Source of the DNA: Mobula hypostoma
Lineage: Eukaryota
Length of the DNA stretch: 64,000 nt
NCBI RefSeq assembly: GCF_963921235.1
Contig: NC_086107.1
Location: 105,712,001 to 105,776,000 of the forward strand
Direction: 5' to 3'
Below are positions 18,627 through 33,600 of this stretch, one piece after another. Each line of letters opens with the position of its first letter. Position 1 is the stretch's first letter. The position numbers and the translations under genes were made by a program. The notes beneath the pieces are model-generated. The model did no database searches and was not told the origin of the DNA. It saw nothing but the letters and a program-made list of their open reading frames with translations.

Positions 18627-21600
18627 TCCCTCAGTACCTCTCCTCTGACAGTGAGACACTCCCTCAGTACCGTCCCTCTGACACTGAGATACTCCCTCGG
18701 TACTGTCCCTCTGACAGTGAGACACTCCCTCAGTACTGTCCCTCTGACAGTGAGACACTCCCTCAGTACTGTCCCTCCGACAGTGAGACACTCCCTCAGT
18801 ACTGTCCCTCCGACAGTGCGACACTCCCTCAGTACTGTCCCTCTGACAGTGAGACACTCCCTCAGTACCTCCCCTCTGACGGTGTGATACTCCTTCAGTA
18901 CTGTCCCTCTGACAGTGAGATACTTCCTCAGTACTGTCCCTCTGACGGTGTGATACTCCCTCAGTACTGTCCCTCTGACGGTGTGATACTCCCTCAGTAC
19001 TGTCCCTCTGACGGTGTGATACTCCCTCAGTACTGTCCCTCTGACAATGAGATACTCCCTCAGTACTGTCCCTCCGACAGTGAGATACTCCCTCAGTACT
19101 GTCCCTCTGACAGTGAGATACTCCCTCAGTACTGTCCCTCTGACAGTGAGACACGCCCTCAGTACTGTCCCTCTGACAGTGAGACACTCCCACAGTACTG
19201 TCCCTCCAACAGTGAGACACTCCCTCAGTACTGTCCTTCCGAGAGTGAGATACTCCCTCAGTACTGTCCCTCTGACAGTGAGACACTCCCTCAGTACTGT
19301 CCCTCTGACAGTGAGACACTCCCTCAGTACTGTCCCTCCGACAGTGAGACACTCCCTCAGTACTGTCCCTCTGACAGTGAGACACTCCCTCAGGACTGTC
19401 CCTCTGACAGTGAGACACTCCCTCAGTACTGTCCCTCCGACAGTGAGATACTCCCTCAGTACTGTCCCTCTGACAGTGAGACACTCGCTCAGTACTGTCC
19501 CTCCGACAGTGAGACACTCCCTCAGTACTGTCCCTCCGACAGTGAGACACTCTCTCAGTACTGTCCCTCTGACGGTGTTATACTCCCTCAGTACTGTCCC
19601 TCTGACAGGGTGACACTCCCTCAGTACCGTCCCTATGACAGTGAAACACTCCCTCAGTACTGTCACTCAGACAGTGAGATACTCCCACAGAACTGTCCCT
19701 CTGACAGTGAGACACCCCCTCAGTACTGTCCCTCTGACAGTGAGACACTCCCTCAGTACTGTCCCTCTGACAGTGTGACACTCCCTCAGTCCCGTCCCTC
19801 TGACAGTGAGACGCTCCCTCAGGACTGTCCCTCCGACAGTGAGATACTCCCTCAGCACTGTCCCTCCGACAGTGCGACACTCACTCAGTACTGTCCCTCT
19901 GATGGTAGGGCACTCCCTCAGCACTGTCCCTCCGACAGTGAGGCATTCCCTCAGTACTGTCCCTCCGACAGTGAGACACTCCCTCAGTACTGTCCCTCCG
20001 ACAGTGTGACACTCGCTCAGTACTGTCCCTCCGACAGTGAGAAACCCCCTCAGTACTGTCCCTCTGACAGTGAGACACTCCCTCAGTATTGTCCCTCCGA
20101 CAGTGAGATACTCCCTCAGTTCTGTCCAGCTGACAGTGAGACACTCCCTCAGTACTGTCCCTCTGACAGTGAGACACTCTCTCTGTACTGTCCCTCTGAC
20201 AGTGAGACACTCCCTCAGTACTGTCCCTCCGACAGTGAGATACTTCCTCAGTACTGTCCCTCTGACAGTGAGAAAATCCCTCAGTACTGTCCCTCTGATG
20301 GTAGATCAATCCCTCAGTACTGTCCCTCCGACAGTGAGACACTCCCTCAGTACTGTCCCGCTGACAGTGAGACACCCCCTCAGTACTGTCCCTCTGACAG
20401 TGAGACACTCCCTGAGTACTGTCCCTCCGACAGTGAGACACTCCCTCAGTACTGTCCCTCCGACAGTGAGACACTCCCTTAGAACTGTCCCTCCGATAGT
20501 GAGACACTCCCTCAGTACTGTCCCTCTGACAATGAGACTCTCCCTCAGTACCTCCCCTCTGACGGTGTGATACTCCTTCAGTACTGTCCCTCTGACAGTG
20601 TGACACTCCCTCAGTACTGTCCCTCTGACGGTGTGATACTCCCTCAGTACTGTCCCTCTGACAGTGTGATACTCCCTCAGTACCGTCCCTCCGACAGTGA
20701 GATACTCCCTCAGTACCTCCACTCTGACAGTGAGACACTCCCTCAGTACTGTCCCTCCGACAGTGAGATACTCCCTCAGAACTGTCCCTCTGACAGTGAG
20801 ACACTCCCTCAGTACTGTCCCTCTGACAGTGTGACACTCCCTCAGTACTGTCCCTCTGACAGTGAGACACTCCCTCAGTACTGTCCCTCCGACAGTGAGA
20901 TACTCCCTCAGCACTGTCCCTCCGACAGTGCGACACTCCCTCAGTACTGTCCCTCCGACAGTGTCAGTACTGTCCCTCTGACAGTGAGACACTCCCTCAG
21001 TACTGTCCCTCTGACAGTGAGACACTCCCTCAGTACTGTCCCTCTGATGGTAGGGCACTCCCTCAGTACTGTCCCTCCGACAGTGAGACACTCCCTCAGT
21101 ACCTCCCCTCTGACGGTGTGATACTCCTTCAGTACTGTCCCTCTGACAGTGAGATACTTCCTCAGTACTGTCCCTCTGACGGTGTGATACTCCCTCAGTA
21201 CTGTCCCTCTGACAGTGTGATACTCCCTCAGTACCGTCCCTCCGACAGTGAGATACTGGCTCAGTACCTCCCCTCTGACAGTGAGACACTGCCTCAGTAC
21301 TGTCCCTCTGACAGTGAGATACTCCCTCAGTACTGTCCCTCTGACAGTGAGATACTCCCTCAGTACTGTCCCTCTGACAGTGAGACACGCCCTCAGTACT
21401 GTCCCTCTGACAGTGAGACACTCCCACAGTACTGTCCCTCTGACAGTGAGACACTCCCTCAGTACTGTCCCTCCGACAGTGAGATACTCCCTCAGTACTG
21501 TCCCTCTGACAGTGAGATACTCCCTCAGTACTGTCCCTCTGACAGTGAGACACGCCCTCAGTACTGTCCCTCTGACAGTGAGACACTCCCACAGTACTGT

Positions 21601-24600
21601 CCCTCCAACAGTGAGACACTCCCTCAGTACTGTCCCTCCGACAGTGAGACACTCCCTCAGTACTGTCCCACCGACAGTGAGACACTCCCTCAGTACCTCC
21701 CCTCTGACGGTGTGATACTCCTTCAGTACTGTCCCTCTGACGGTGTGATACTCTCTCAGTACTGTCCCTCTGACAGTGCGATACTCCCTCAGTACCGTCC
21801 CTCCGACAGTGAGATACTCCCTCAGTACCTCCCCTCTGACAGTGAGACACTCCCTCAGTACTGTCCCTCTGACAGTGAGACACTCCCTCAGTACTGTCCC
21901 TCCGACATGAGATACTTCCTCAGTACTGTCCCTCTGACAGTGAGACACTCCCTCAGTACTGTCCCTCTGACAGTGAGACACTCCCTCAGTACGGTCCCTG
22001 CGACAGTGAGACACTCCCTCAGTACTGTCCCTCCGACATTGAGACACTCCCTTAGTACTGTCCCTCCGACAGTGAGACACTCTCTCAGTACTGTCCCTCT
22101 GACGGTGTGATACTCCCTCAGTACTGTCCCTCTGACAGGGTGACACTCCCTCAGTACCGTCCCTCTGACAGTGAGACACTCCCTCAGTACTGTACCTCCG
22201 ACCGTACGATACTCCCTCAGTACCTCCCCTCTGACAGTGAGACACACCCTCAGTACTGTCCCTCTGACAGTGAGACAATCCCTCAGAATTGTCCTTCCGA
22301 GAGTGAGATACTCCCTCAGTACTGTCCCTCTGACAGTGAGACACTCCCTCAGTACTGTCCCTCCGACAGTGAGACACTCCCTCAGTACTGTCCCTCTGAC
22401 AGTGAGACACTCCCTCAGTACTGTCCCTCCGACAGTGAGATACTCCCTCAGTACTGTCCCTCTGACAGTGAAACACTCCCTCAGTACTGTCACTCAGACA
22501 GTGAGATACTCCCACAGAACTGTCCCTCTGACAGTGAGACACCCCCTCAGTACTGTCCCTCTGACAGTGAGACACTCCCTCAGTACTGTCCCTCTGACAG
22601 TGTGACACTCCCTCAGTCCCGTCCCTCTGACAGTGAGACGCTCCCTCAGTACTGTCCCTCTGACAGTGAGACACGCCCTCAGTACTGTCCCTCTGACAGT
22701 GAGACACTCCCACAGTACTGTCCCTCCAACAGTGAGACACTCCCTCAGTACTGTCCTTCCGAGAGTGAGATACTCCCTCAGTACTGTCCCTCTGACAGTG
22801 AGACACTCCCTCAGTACTGTCCCTCTGACAGTGAGACACTCCCTCAGTACTGTCCCTCCGACAGTGAGACACTCCCTCAGTACTGTCCCTCTGACAGTGA
22901 GACACTCCCTCAGGACTGTCCCTCTGACAGTGAGACACTCCCTCAGTACTGTCCCTCCGACAGTGAGATACTCCCTCAGTACTGTCCCTCTGACAGTGAG
23001 ACACTCGCTCAGTACTGTCCCTCCGACAGTGAGACACTCCCTCAGTACTGTCCCTCCGACAGTGAGACACTCTCTCAGTACTGTCCCTCTGACGGTGTTA
23101 TACTCCCTCAGTACTGTCCCTCTGACAGGGTAACACTCCCTCAGTACCGTCCCTATGACAGTGAAACACTCCCTCAGTACTGTCACTCAGACAGTGAGAT
23201 ACTCCCACAGAACTGTCCCTCTGACAGTGAGACACCCCCTCAGTACTGTCCCTCTGACAGTGAGACACTCCCTCAGTACTGTCCCTCTGACAGTGTGACA
23301 CTCCCTCAGTCCCGTCCCTCTGACAGTGAGACGCTCCCTCAGGACTGTCCCTCCGACAGTGAGATACTCCCTCAGCACTGTCCCTCCGACAGTGCGACAC
23401 TCACTCAGTACTGTCCCTCTGATGGTAGGGCACTCCCTCAGCACTGTCCCTCCGACAGTGAGGCATTCCCTCAGTACTGTCCCTCCGACAGTGAGACACT
23501 CCCTCAGTACTGTCCCTCCGACAGTGTGACACTCGCTCAGTACTGTCCCTCCGACAGTGAGAAACCCCCTCAGTACTGTCCCTCTGACAGTGAGACACTC
23601 CCTCAGTATTGTCCCTCCGACAGTGAGATACTCCCTCAGTTCTGTCCAGCTGACAGTGAGACACTCCCTCAGTACTGTCCCTCTGACAGTGAGACACTCT
23701 CTCTGTACTGTCCCTCTGACAGTGAGACACTCCCTCAGTACTGTCCCTCCGACAGTGAGATACTTCCTCAGTACTGTCCCTCTGACAGTGAGAAAATCCC
23801 TCAGTACTGTCCCTCTGATGGTAGATCAATCCCTCAGTACTGTCCCTCCGACAGTGAGACACTCCCTCAGTACTGTCCCGCTGACAGTGAGACACCCCCT
23901 CAGTACTGTCCCTCTGACAGTGAGACACTCCCTGAGTACTGTCCCTCCGACAGTGAGACACTCCCTCAGTACTGTCCCTCCGACAGTGAGACACTCCCTT
24001 AGAACTGTCCCTCCGATAGTGAGACACTCCCTCAGTACTGTCCCTCTGACAATGAGACTCTCCCTCAGTACCTCCCCTCTGACGGTGTGATACTCCTTCA
24101 GTACTGTCCCTCTGACAGTGTGACACTCCCTCAGTACTGTCCCTCTGACGGTGTGATACTCCCTCAGTACTGTCCCTCTGACAGTGTGATACTCCCTCAG
24201 TACCGTCCCTCCGACAGTGAGATACTCCCTCAGTACCTCCACTCTGACAGTGAGACACTCCCTCAGTACTGTCCCTCCGACAGTGAGATACTCCCTCAGA
24301 ACTGTCCCTCTGACAGTGAGACACTCCCTCAGTACTGTCCCTCTGACAGTGTGACACTCCCTCAGTACTGTCCCTCTGACAGTGAGACACTCCCTCAGTA
24401 CTGTCCCTCCGACAGTGAGATACTCCCTCAGCACTGTCCCTCCGACAGTGCGACACTCCCTCAGTACTGTCCCTCCGACAGTGTCAGTACTGTCCCTCTG
24501 ACAGTGAGACACTCCCTCAGTACTGTCCCTCTGACAGTGAGACACTCCCTCAGTACTGTCCCTCTGATGGTAGGGCACTCCCTCAGTACTGTCCCTCCGA

Positions 24601-27600
24601 CAGTGAGACACTCCCTCAGTACCTCCCCTCTGACGGTGTGATACTCCTTCAGTACTGTCCCTCTGACAGTGAGATACTTCCTCAGTACTGTCCCTCTGAC
24701 GGTGTGATACTCCCTCAGTACTGTCCCTCTGACAGTGTGATACTCCCTCAGTACCGTCCCTCCGACAGTGAGATACTGGCTCAGTACCTCCCCTCTGACA
24801 GTGAGACACTGCCTCAGTACTGTCCCTCTGACAGTGAGATACTCCCTCAGTACTGTCCCTCTGACAGTGAGATACTCCCTCAGTACTGTCCCTCTGACAG
24901 TGAGACACGCCCTCAGTACTGTCCCTCTGACAGTGAGACACTCCCACAGTACTGTCCCTCTGACAGTGAGACACTCCCTCAGTACTGTCCCTCCGACAGT
25001 GTGATACTCCCTCAGTACTGTCCCTCTGACAGTGAGATACTCCCTCAGTACTGTCCCTCTGACAGTGAGACACGCCCTCAGTACTGTCCCTCTGACAGTG
25101 AGACACTCCCACAGTACTGTCCCTCCAATAGTGAGACACTCCCTCAGTACTGTCCCTCCGACAGTGAGACACTCCCTCAGTACTGTCCCACCGACAGTGA
25201 GACACTCCCTCAGTACCTCCCCTCTGACGGTGTGATACTCCTTCAGTACTGTCCCTCTGACGGTGTGATACTCTCTCAGTACTGTCCCTCTGACAGTGCG
25301 ATACTCCCTCAGTACCGTCCCTCCGACAGTGAGATACTCCCTCAGTACCTCCCCTCTGACAGTGAGACACTCCCTCAGTACTGTCCCTCTGACAGTGAGA
25401 CACTCCCTCAGTACTGTCCCTCCGACAGTGAGATACTTCCTCAGTACTGTCCCTCTGACAGTGAGACACTCCCTCAGTACTGTCCCTCTGACAGTGAGAC
25501 ACTCCCTCAGTACGGTCCCTGCGACAGTGAGACACTCCCTCAGTACTGTCCCTCCGACATTGAGACACTCCCTTAGTACTGTCCCTCCGACAGTGAACAC
25601 TCTCTCAGTACTGTCCCTCTGACGGTGTGATACTCCCTCAGTACTGTCCCTCTGACAGGGTGACACTCCCTCAGTACCGTCCCTCTGACAGTGAGACACT
25701 CCCTCAGTACTGTACCTCCGACCGTACGATACTCCCTCAGTACCTCCCCTCTGACAGTGAGACACACCCTCAGTACTGTCCCTCTGACAGTGAGACAATC
25801 CCTCAGAATTGTCCTTCCGAGAGTGAGATACTCCCTCAGTACTGTCCCTCTGACAGTGAGACACTCCCTCAGTACTGTCCCTCCGACAGTGAGACACTCC
25901 CTCAGTACTGTCCCTCTGACAGTGAGACACTCCCTCAGGACTGTCCCTCTGACAGTGAGACACTCCCTCAGTACTGTCCCTCCGACAGTGAGATACTCCC
26001 TCAGTACTGTCCCTCTGACAGTGAAACACTCCCTCAGTACTGTCACTCAGACAGTGAGATACTCCCACAGAACTGTCCCTCTGACAGTGAGACACCCCCT
26101 CAGTACTGTCCCTCTGACAGTGAGACACTCCCTCAGTACTGTCCCTCTGACAGTGTGACACTCCCTCAGTCCCGTCCCTCTGACAGTGAGACGCTCCCTC
26201 AGTACTGTCCCTCCGACAGTGAGATACTCCCTCAGCACTGTCCCTCCGACAGTGCGACACTCACTCAGTACTGTCCCTCTGATGGTAGGGCACTCCCTCA
26301 GCACTGTCCCTCCGACAGTGAGGCATTCCCTCAGTACTGTCCCTCCGACAGTGAGACACTCCCTCAGTACTGTCCCTCCGACAGTGTGACACTCGCTCAG
26401 TACTGTCCCTCCGATAGTGAGAAACCCCCTCAGTACTGTCCCTCTGACAGTGAGACACTCCCTCAGTATTGTCCCTCCGACAGTGAGATACTCCCTCAGT
26501 TCTGTCCAGCTGACAGTGAGACACTCCCTCAGTACTGTCCCTCTGACAGTGAGACACTCTCTCTGTACTGTCCCTCTGACAGTGAGACACTCCCTCAGTA
26601 CTGTCCCTCCGACAGTGAGATACTTCCTCAGTACTGTCCCTCTGACAGTGAGAAAATCCCTCAGTACTGTCCCTCTGATGGTAGATCAATCCCTCAGTAC
26701 TGTCCCTCCGACAGTGAGACACTCCCTCAGTACTGTCCCGCTGACAGTGAGACACCCCCTCAGTACTGTCCCTCTGACAGTGAGACACTCCCTGAGTACT
26801 GTCCCTCCGACAGTGAGACACTCCCTCAGTACTGTCCCTCCGACAGTGAGACACTCCCTTAGAACTGTCCCTCCGATAGTGAGACACTCCCTCAGTACTG
26901 TCCCTCTGACAATGAGACTCTCCCTCAGTACCTCCCCTCTGACGGTGTGATACTCCTTCAGTACTGTCCCTCTGACAGTGTGACACTCCCTCAGTACTGT
27001 CCCTCTGACGGTGTGATACTCCCTCAGTACTGTCCCTCTGACAGTGTGATACTCCCTCAGTACCGTCCCTCCGACAGTGAGATACTCCCTCAGTACCTCC
27101 ACTCTGACAGTGAGACACTCCCTCAGTACTGTCCCTCCGACAGTGAGATACTCCCTCAGAACTGTCCCTCTGACAGTGAGACACTCCCTCAGTACTGTCC
27201 CTCTGACAGTGTGACACTCCCTCAGTACTGTCCCTCTGACAGTGAGACACTCCCTCAGTACTGTCCCTCCGACAGTGAGATACTCCCTCAGCACTGTCCC
27301 TCCGACAGTGCGACACTCCCTCAGTACTGTCCCTCCGACAGTGTCAGTACTGTCCCTCTGACAGTGAGACACTCCCTCAGTACTGTCCCTCTGACAGTGA
27401 GACACTCCCTCAGTACTGTCCCTCTGATGGTAGGGCACTCCCTCAGTACTGTCCCTCCGACAGTGAGACACTCCCTCAGTACCTCCCCTCTGACGGTGTG
27501 ATACTCCTTCAGTACTGTCCCTCTGACAGTGAGATACTTCCTCAGTACTGTCCCTCTGACGGTGTGATACTCCCTCAGTACTGTCCCTCTGACAGTGTGA

Positions 27601-30600
27601 TACTCCCTCAGTACCGTCCCTCCGACAGTGAGATACTGGCTCAGTACCTCCCCTCTGACAGTGAGACACTGCCTCAGTACTGTCCCTCTGACAGTGAGAT
27701 ACTCCCTCAGTACTGTCCCTCTGACAGTGAGATACTCCCTCAGTACTGTCCCTCAGACAGTGAGACACGCCCTCAGTACTGTCCCTCTGACAGTGAGACA
27801 CTCCCACAGTACTGTCCCTCTGACAGTGAGACACTCCCTCAGTACTGTCCCTCCGACAGTGAGATACTCCCTCAGTACTGTCCCTCTGACAGTGAGATAC
27901 TCCCTCAGTACTGTCCCTCTGACAGTGAGACACGCCCTCAGTACTGTCCCTCTGACAGTGAGACACTCCCACAGTACTGTCCCTCCAACAGTGAGACACT
28001 CCCTCAGTACTGTCCCTCCGACAGTGAGACACTCCCTCAGTACTGTCCCACCGACAGTGAGACACTCCCTCAGTACCTCCCCTCTGACGGTGTGATACTC
28101 CTTCAGTACTCTCCCTCTGACGGTGTGATACTCTCTCAGTACTGTCCCTCTGACAGTGCGATACTCCCTCAGTATCGTCCCTCCGACAGTGAGATACTCC
28201 CTCAGTACCTCCCCTCTGACAGTGAGACACTCCCTCAGTACTGTCCCTCTGACAGTGAGACACTCCCTCAGTACTGTCCCTCCGACATGAGATACTTCCT
28301 CAGTACTGTCCCTCTGACAGTGAGACACTCCCTCAGTACTGTCCCTCTGACAGTGAGACACTCCCTCAGTACGGTCCCTGCGACAGTGAGACACTCCCTC
28401 AGTACTGTCCCTCCGACATTGAGACACTCCCTTAGTACTGTCCCTCCGACAGTGAACACTCTCTCAGTACTGTCCCTCTGACGGTGTGATACTCCCTCAG
28501 TACTGTCCCTCTGACAGGGTGACACTCCCTCAGCACCGTCCCTCTGACAGTGAGACACTCCCTCAGTACTGTACCTCCGACCGTACGATACTCCCTCAGT
28601 ACCTATCCTCTGACAGTGAGACACACCCTCAGTACTGTCCCTCTGACAGTGAGACAATCCCTCAGAATTGTCCTTCCGAGAGTGAGATACTCCCTCAGTA
28701 CTGTCCCTCTGACAGTGAGACACTCCCTCAGTACTGTCCCTCCGACAGTGAGACACTCCCTCAGTACTGTCCCTCTGACAGTGAGACACTCCCTCAGGAC
28801 TGTCCCTCTGACAGTGAGACACTCCCTCAGTACTGTCCCTCCGACAGTGAGATACTCCCTCAGTACTGTCCCTCTGACAGTGAAACACTCCCTCAGTACT
28901 GTCACTCAGACAGTGAGATACTCCCACAGAACTGTCCCTCTGACAGTGAGACACCCCCTCAGTACTGTCCCTCTGACAGTGAGACACTCCCTCAGTACTG
29001 TCCCTCTGACAGTGTGACACTCCCTCAGTCCCGTCCCTCTGACAGTGAGACGCTCCCTCAGTACTGTCCCTCCGACAGTGAGATACTCCCTCAGCACTGT
29101 CCCTCCGACAGTGCGACACTCACTCAGTACTGTCCCTCTGATGGTAGGGCACTCCCTCAGCACTGTCCCTCCGACAGTGAGGCATTCCCTCAGTAGTGTC
29201 CCTCCGACAGTGAGACACTCCCTCAGTACTGTCCCTCCGACAGTGTGACACTCGCTCAGTACTGTCCCTCCGACAGTGAGAAACCCCCTCAGTACTGTCC
29301 CTCTGACAGTGAGACACTCCCTCAGTATTGTCCCTCCGACAGTGAGATACTCCCTCAGTTCTGTCCAGCTGACAGTGAGACACTCCCTCAGTACTGTCCC
29401 TCTGACAGTGAGACACTCTCTCTGTACTGTCCCTCTGACAGTGAGACACTCCCTCAGTACTGTCCCTCCGACAGTGAGATACTTCCTCAGTACTGTCCCT
29501 CTGACAGTGAGAAAATCCCTCAGTACTGTCCCTCTGATGGCAGAGCAATCCCTCAGTACTGTCCCTCCGACAGTGAGACACTCCCTCAGTACTGTCCTGC
29601 TGACAGTGAGACACTCCCTCAGTACTGTCCCTCTGACAGTGAGACACTCCCTGAGTACTGTCCCTCCGACAGTGAGACACTCCCTCAGTACTGTCCCTCC
29701 GACAGTGAGACACTCCCTTAGAACTGTCCCTCCGATAGTGAGACACTCCCTCAGTACTGTCCCTCTGACAATGAGACTCTCCCTCAATACCTCCCCTCTG
29801 ACGGTGTGATACTCCTTCAGTACTGTCCCTCTGACAGTGTGACACTCCCTCAGTACTGTCCCTCTGACGGTGTGATACTCCCTCAGTACTGTCCCTCTGA
29901 CAGTGTGATACTCCCTCAGTACCGTCCCTCCGACAGTGAGATACTCCCTCAGTACCTCCACTCTGACAGTGAGACACTCCCTCAGTACTGTCCCTCCGAC
30001 AGTGAGATACTCCCTCAGAACTGTCCCTCTGACAGTGAGACACTCCCTCAGTACTGTCCCTCTGACAGTGTGACACTCCCTCAGTCCCGTCCCTCTGACA
30101 GTGAGACACTCCCTCAGTACTGTCCCTCCGACAGTGAGATACTCCCTCAGCACTGTCCCTCCGACAGTGCGACACTCCCTCAGTACTGTCCCTCCGACAG
30201 TGTCAGTACTGTCCCTCTGACAGTGAGACACTCCCTCAGTACTGTCCCTCTGACAGTGAGACACTCCCTCAGTACTGTCCCTCTGATGGTAGGGCACTCC
30301 CTCAGTACTGTCCCTCCGACAGTGAGACACTCCCTCAGTACCTCCCCTCTGACGGTGTGATACTCCTTCAGTACTGTCCCTCTGACAGTGAGATACTTCC
30401 TCAGTACTGTCCCTCTGACGGTGTGATACTCCCTCAGTACTGTCCCTCTGACAGTGTGATACTCCCTCAGTACCGTCCCTCCGACAGTGAGATACTGGCT
30501 CAGTACCTCCCCTCTGACAGTGAGACACTGCCTCAGTACTGTCCCTCTGACAGTGAGACACTCCCTCAGTACTGTCCCTCCGACAGTGAGATACTCCCTC

Positions 30601-33600
30601 AGTACTGTCCCTCTGACAGTGAGATACTCCCTCAGTACTGTCCCTCTGACAGTGAGACACGCCCTCAGTACTGTCCCTCTGACAGTGAGACACTCCCACA
30701 GTACTGTCCCTCCAACAGTGAGACACTCCCTCAGTACTGTCCCTCCGACAGTGAGACACTCCCTCAGTACTGTCCCACCGACAGTGAGACACTCCCTCAG
30801 TACCTCCCCTCTGACGGTGTGATACTCCTTCAATACTGTCCCTCTGACGGTGTGATACTCTCTCAGTACTGTCCCTCTGACAGTGCGATACTCCCTCAGT
30901 ACCGTCCCTCCGACAGTGAGATACTCCCTCAGTACCTCCCCTCTGACAGTGAGACACTCCCTCAGTACTGTCCCTCTGACAGTGAGACACTCCCTCAGTA
31001 CTGTCCCTCCGACATGAGATACTTCCTCAGTACTGTCCCTCTGACAGTGAGACACTCCCTCAGTACTGTCCCTCTGACAGTGAGACACTCCCTCAGTACT
31101 GTCCCTCCGACAGTGAGACACTCCCTCAGTACTGTCCCTCTGACAGTGAGACACTCCCTCAGGACTGTCCCTCTGACAGTGAGACATTCCCTCAGTACTG
31201 TCCCTCCGACAGTGAGATACTCCCTCAGTACTGTCCCTCTGACAGTGAAACACTCCCTCAGTACTGTCACTCAGACAGTGAGATACTCCCACAGAACTGT
31301 CCCTCTGACAGTGAGACACCCCCTCAGTACTGTCCCTCTGACAGTGAGACACTCCCTCAGTACTGTCCCTCTGACAGTGTGACACTCCCTCAGTCCCGTC
31401 CCTCTGACAGTGAGACGCTCCCTCAGTACTGTCCCTCCGACAGTGAGATACTCCCTCAGCACTGTCCCTCCGACAGTGCGACACTCACTCAGTACTGTCC
31501 CTCTGATGGTAGGGCACTCCCTCAGCACTGTCCCTCCGACAGTGAGGCATTCCCTCAGTACTGTCCCTCCGACAGTGAGACACTCCGTCAGTACTGTCCC
31601 TCCGACAGTGTGACACTCGCTCAGTACTGTCCCTCCGACAGTGAGAAACCCCCTCAGTACTGTCCCTCTGACAGTGAGACACTCCCTCAGTATTGTCCCT
31701 CCGACAGTGAGATACTCCCTCAGTTCTGTCCAGCTGACAGTGAGACACTCCCTCAGTACTGTCCCTCTGACAGTGAGACACTCCCTCAGTACTGTCCCTC
31801 CGACAGTGAGATACTTCCTCAGTACTGTCCCTCTGACAGTGAGAAAATCCCTCAGTACTGTCCCTCTGATGGCAGAGCAATCCCTCAGTACTGTCCCTCC
31901 GACAGTGAGACACTCCCTCAGTGCTGTCCCTCTGACAGTGAGACACTCCCTCAGTACTGTCCCTCTGACAGTGAGACACTCCCTCAGTACTGTCCCTCCG
32001 ACAGTGAGACACTCCCTCAGTACTGTCCCTCCGACAGTGAGACACTCCCTTAGAACTGTCCCTCCGATAGTGAGACACTCCCTCAGTACTGTCCCTCTGA
32101 CAATGAGACTCTCCCTCAGTACCTCCCCTCTGACGGTGTGATACTCCTTCAGTACTGTCCCTCTGACAGTGTGACACTCCCTCAGTACTGTCCCTCTGAC
32201 GGTGTGATACTCCCTCAGTACTGTCCCTCTGACAGTGTGATACTCCCTCAGTACCGTCCCTCCGACAGTGAGATACTCCCTCAGTACCTCCACTCTGACA
32301 GTGAGACACTCCCTCAGTACTGTCCCTCTGACAGTGTGACACTCCCTCAGTCCCGTCCCTCTGACAGTGAGACACTCCCTCAGTACTGTCCCTCCGACAG
32401 TGAGATACTACCTCAGCACTGTCCCTCCGACAGTGCGACACTCCCTCAGTACTGACCCTCCGACAGTGTCAGTACTGTCCCTCTGACAGTGAGACACTCC
32501 CTCAGTACTGTCCCTCTGACAGTGAGACACTCCCTCAGTACTGTCCCTCTGATGGTAGGGCACTCCCTCAGTACTGTCCCTCCGACAGTGAGACACTCCC
32601 TCAGTACCTCCCCTCTGACGGTGTGATACTCCTTCAGTACTGTCCCTCTGACAGTGAGATACTTCCTCAGTACTGTCCCTCTGACGGTGTGATACTCCCT
32701 CAGTACTGTCCCTCTGACAGTGTGATACTCCCTCAGTACCGTCCCTCCGACAGTGAGATACTGGCTCAGTACCTCCCCTCTGACAGTGAGACACTGCCTC
32801 AGTACTGTCCCTCTGACAGTGAGACACTCCCTCAGTACTGTCCCTCCGACAGTGAGATACTCCCTCAGTACTGTCCCTCTGACAGTGAGATACTCCCTCA
32901 GTACTGTCCCTCTGACAGTGAGACACTCCCTCAGTACTGTCCCTCTGACAGTGAGACACTCCCTCAGTACTGTCCCTCCGACAGTGAGACACTCCCTCAG
33001 TACTGTCCCTCCGACAGTGAGACACTCCCTCAGTACTGTCCCACCGACAGTGAGACACTCCCTCAGTACCTCCCCTCTGACGGTGTGATACTCCTTCAGT
33101 ACTGTCCCTCTGACGGTGTGATACTCTCTCAGTACTGTCCCTCTGACAGTGCGATACTCCCTCAGTACCGTCCCTCCGACAGTGAGATACTCCCTCAGTA
33201 CCTCCCCTCTGACAGTGAGACACTCCCTCAGTACTGTCCCTCTGACAGTGAGACACTCCCTCAGTACTGTCCCTCCGACATGAGATACTTCCTCAGTACT
33301 GTCCCTCTGACAGTGAGACACTCCCTCAGTACTGTCCCTCTGACAGTGAGACACTCCCTCAGTACGGTCCCTGCGACAGTGAGACACTCCCTCAGTACTG
33401 TCCCTCCGACATTGAGACACTCCCTTAGTACTGTCCCTCTGTCAGTGAACACTCTCTCAGTACTGTCCCTCTGACGGTGTGATACTCCCTCAGTACTGTC
33501 CCTCTGACAGGGTGACACTCCCTCAGTACCGTCCCTCTGACAGTGAGACACTCCCTCAGTACTGTACCTCCGACCGTACGATACTCCCTCAGTACCTCCC

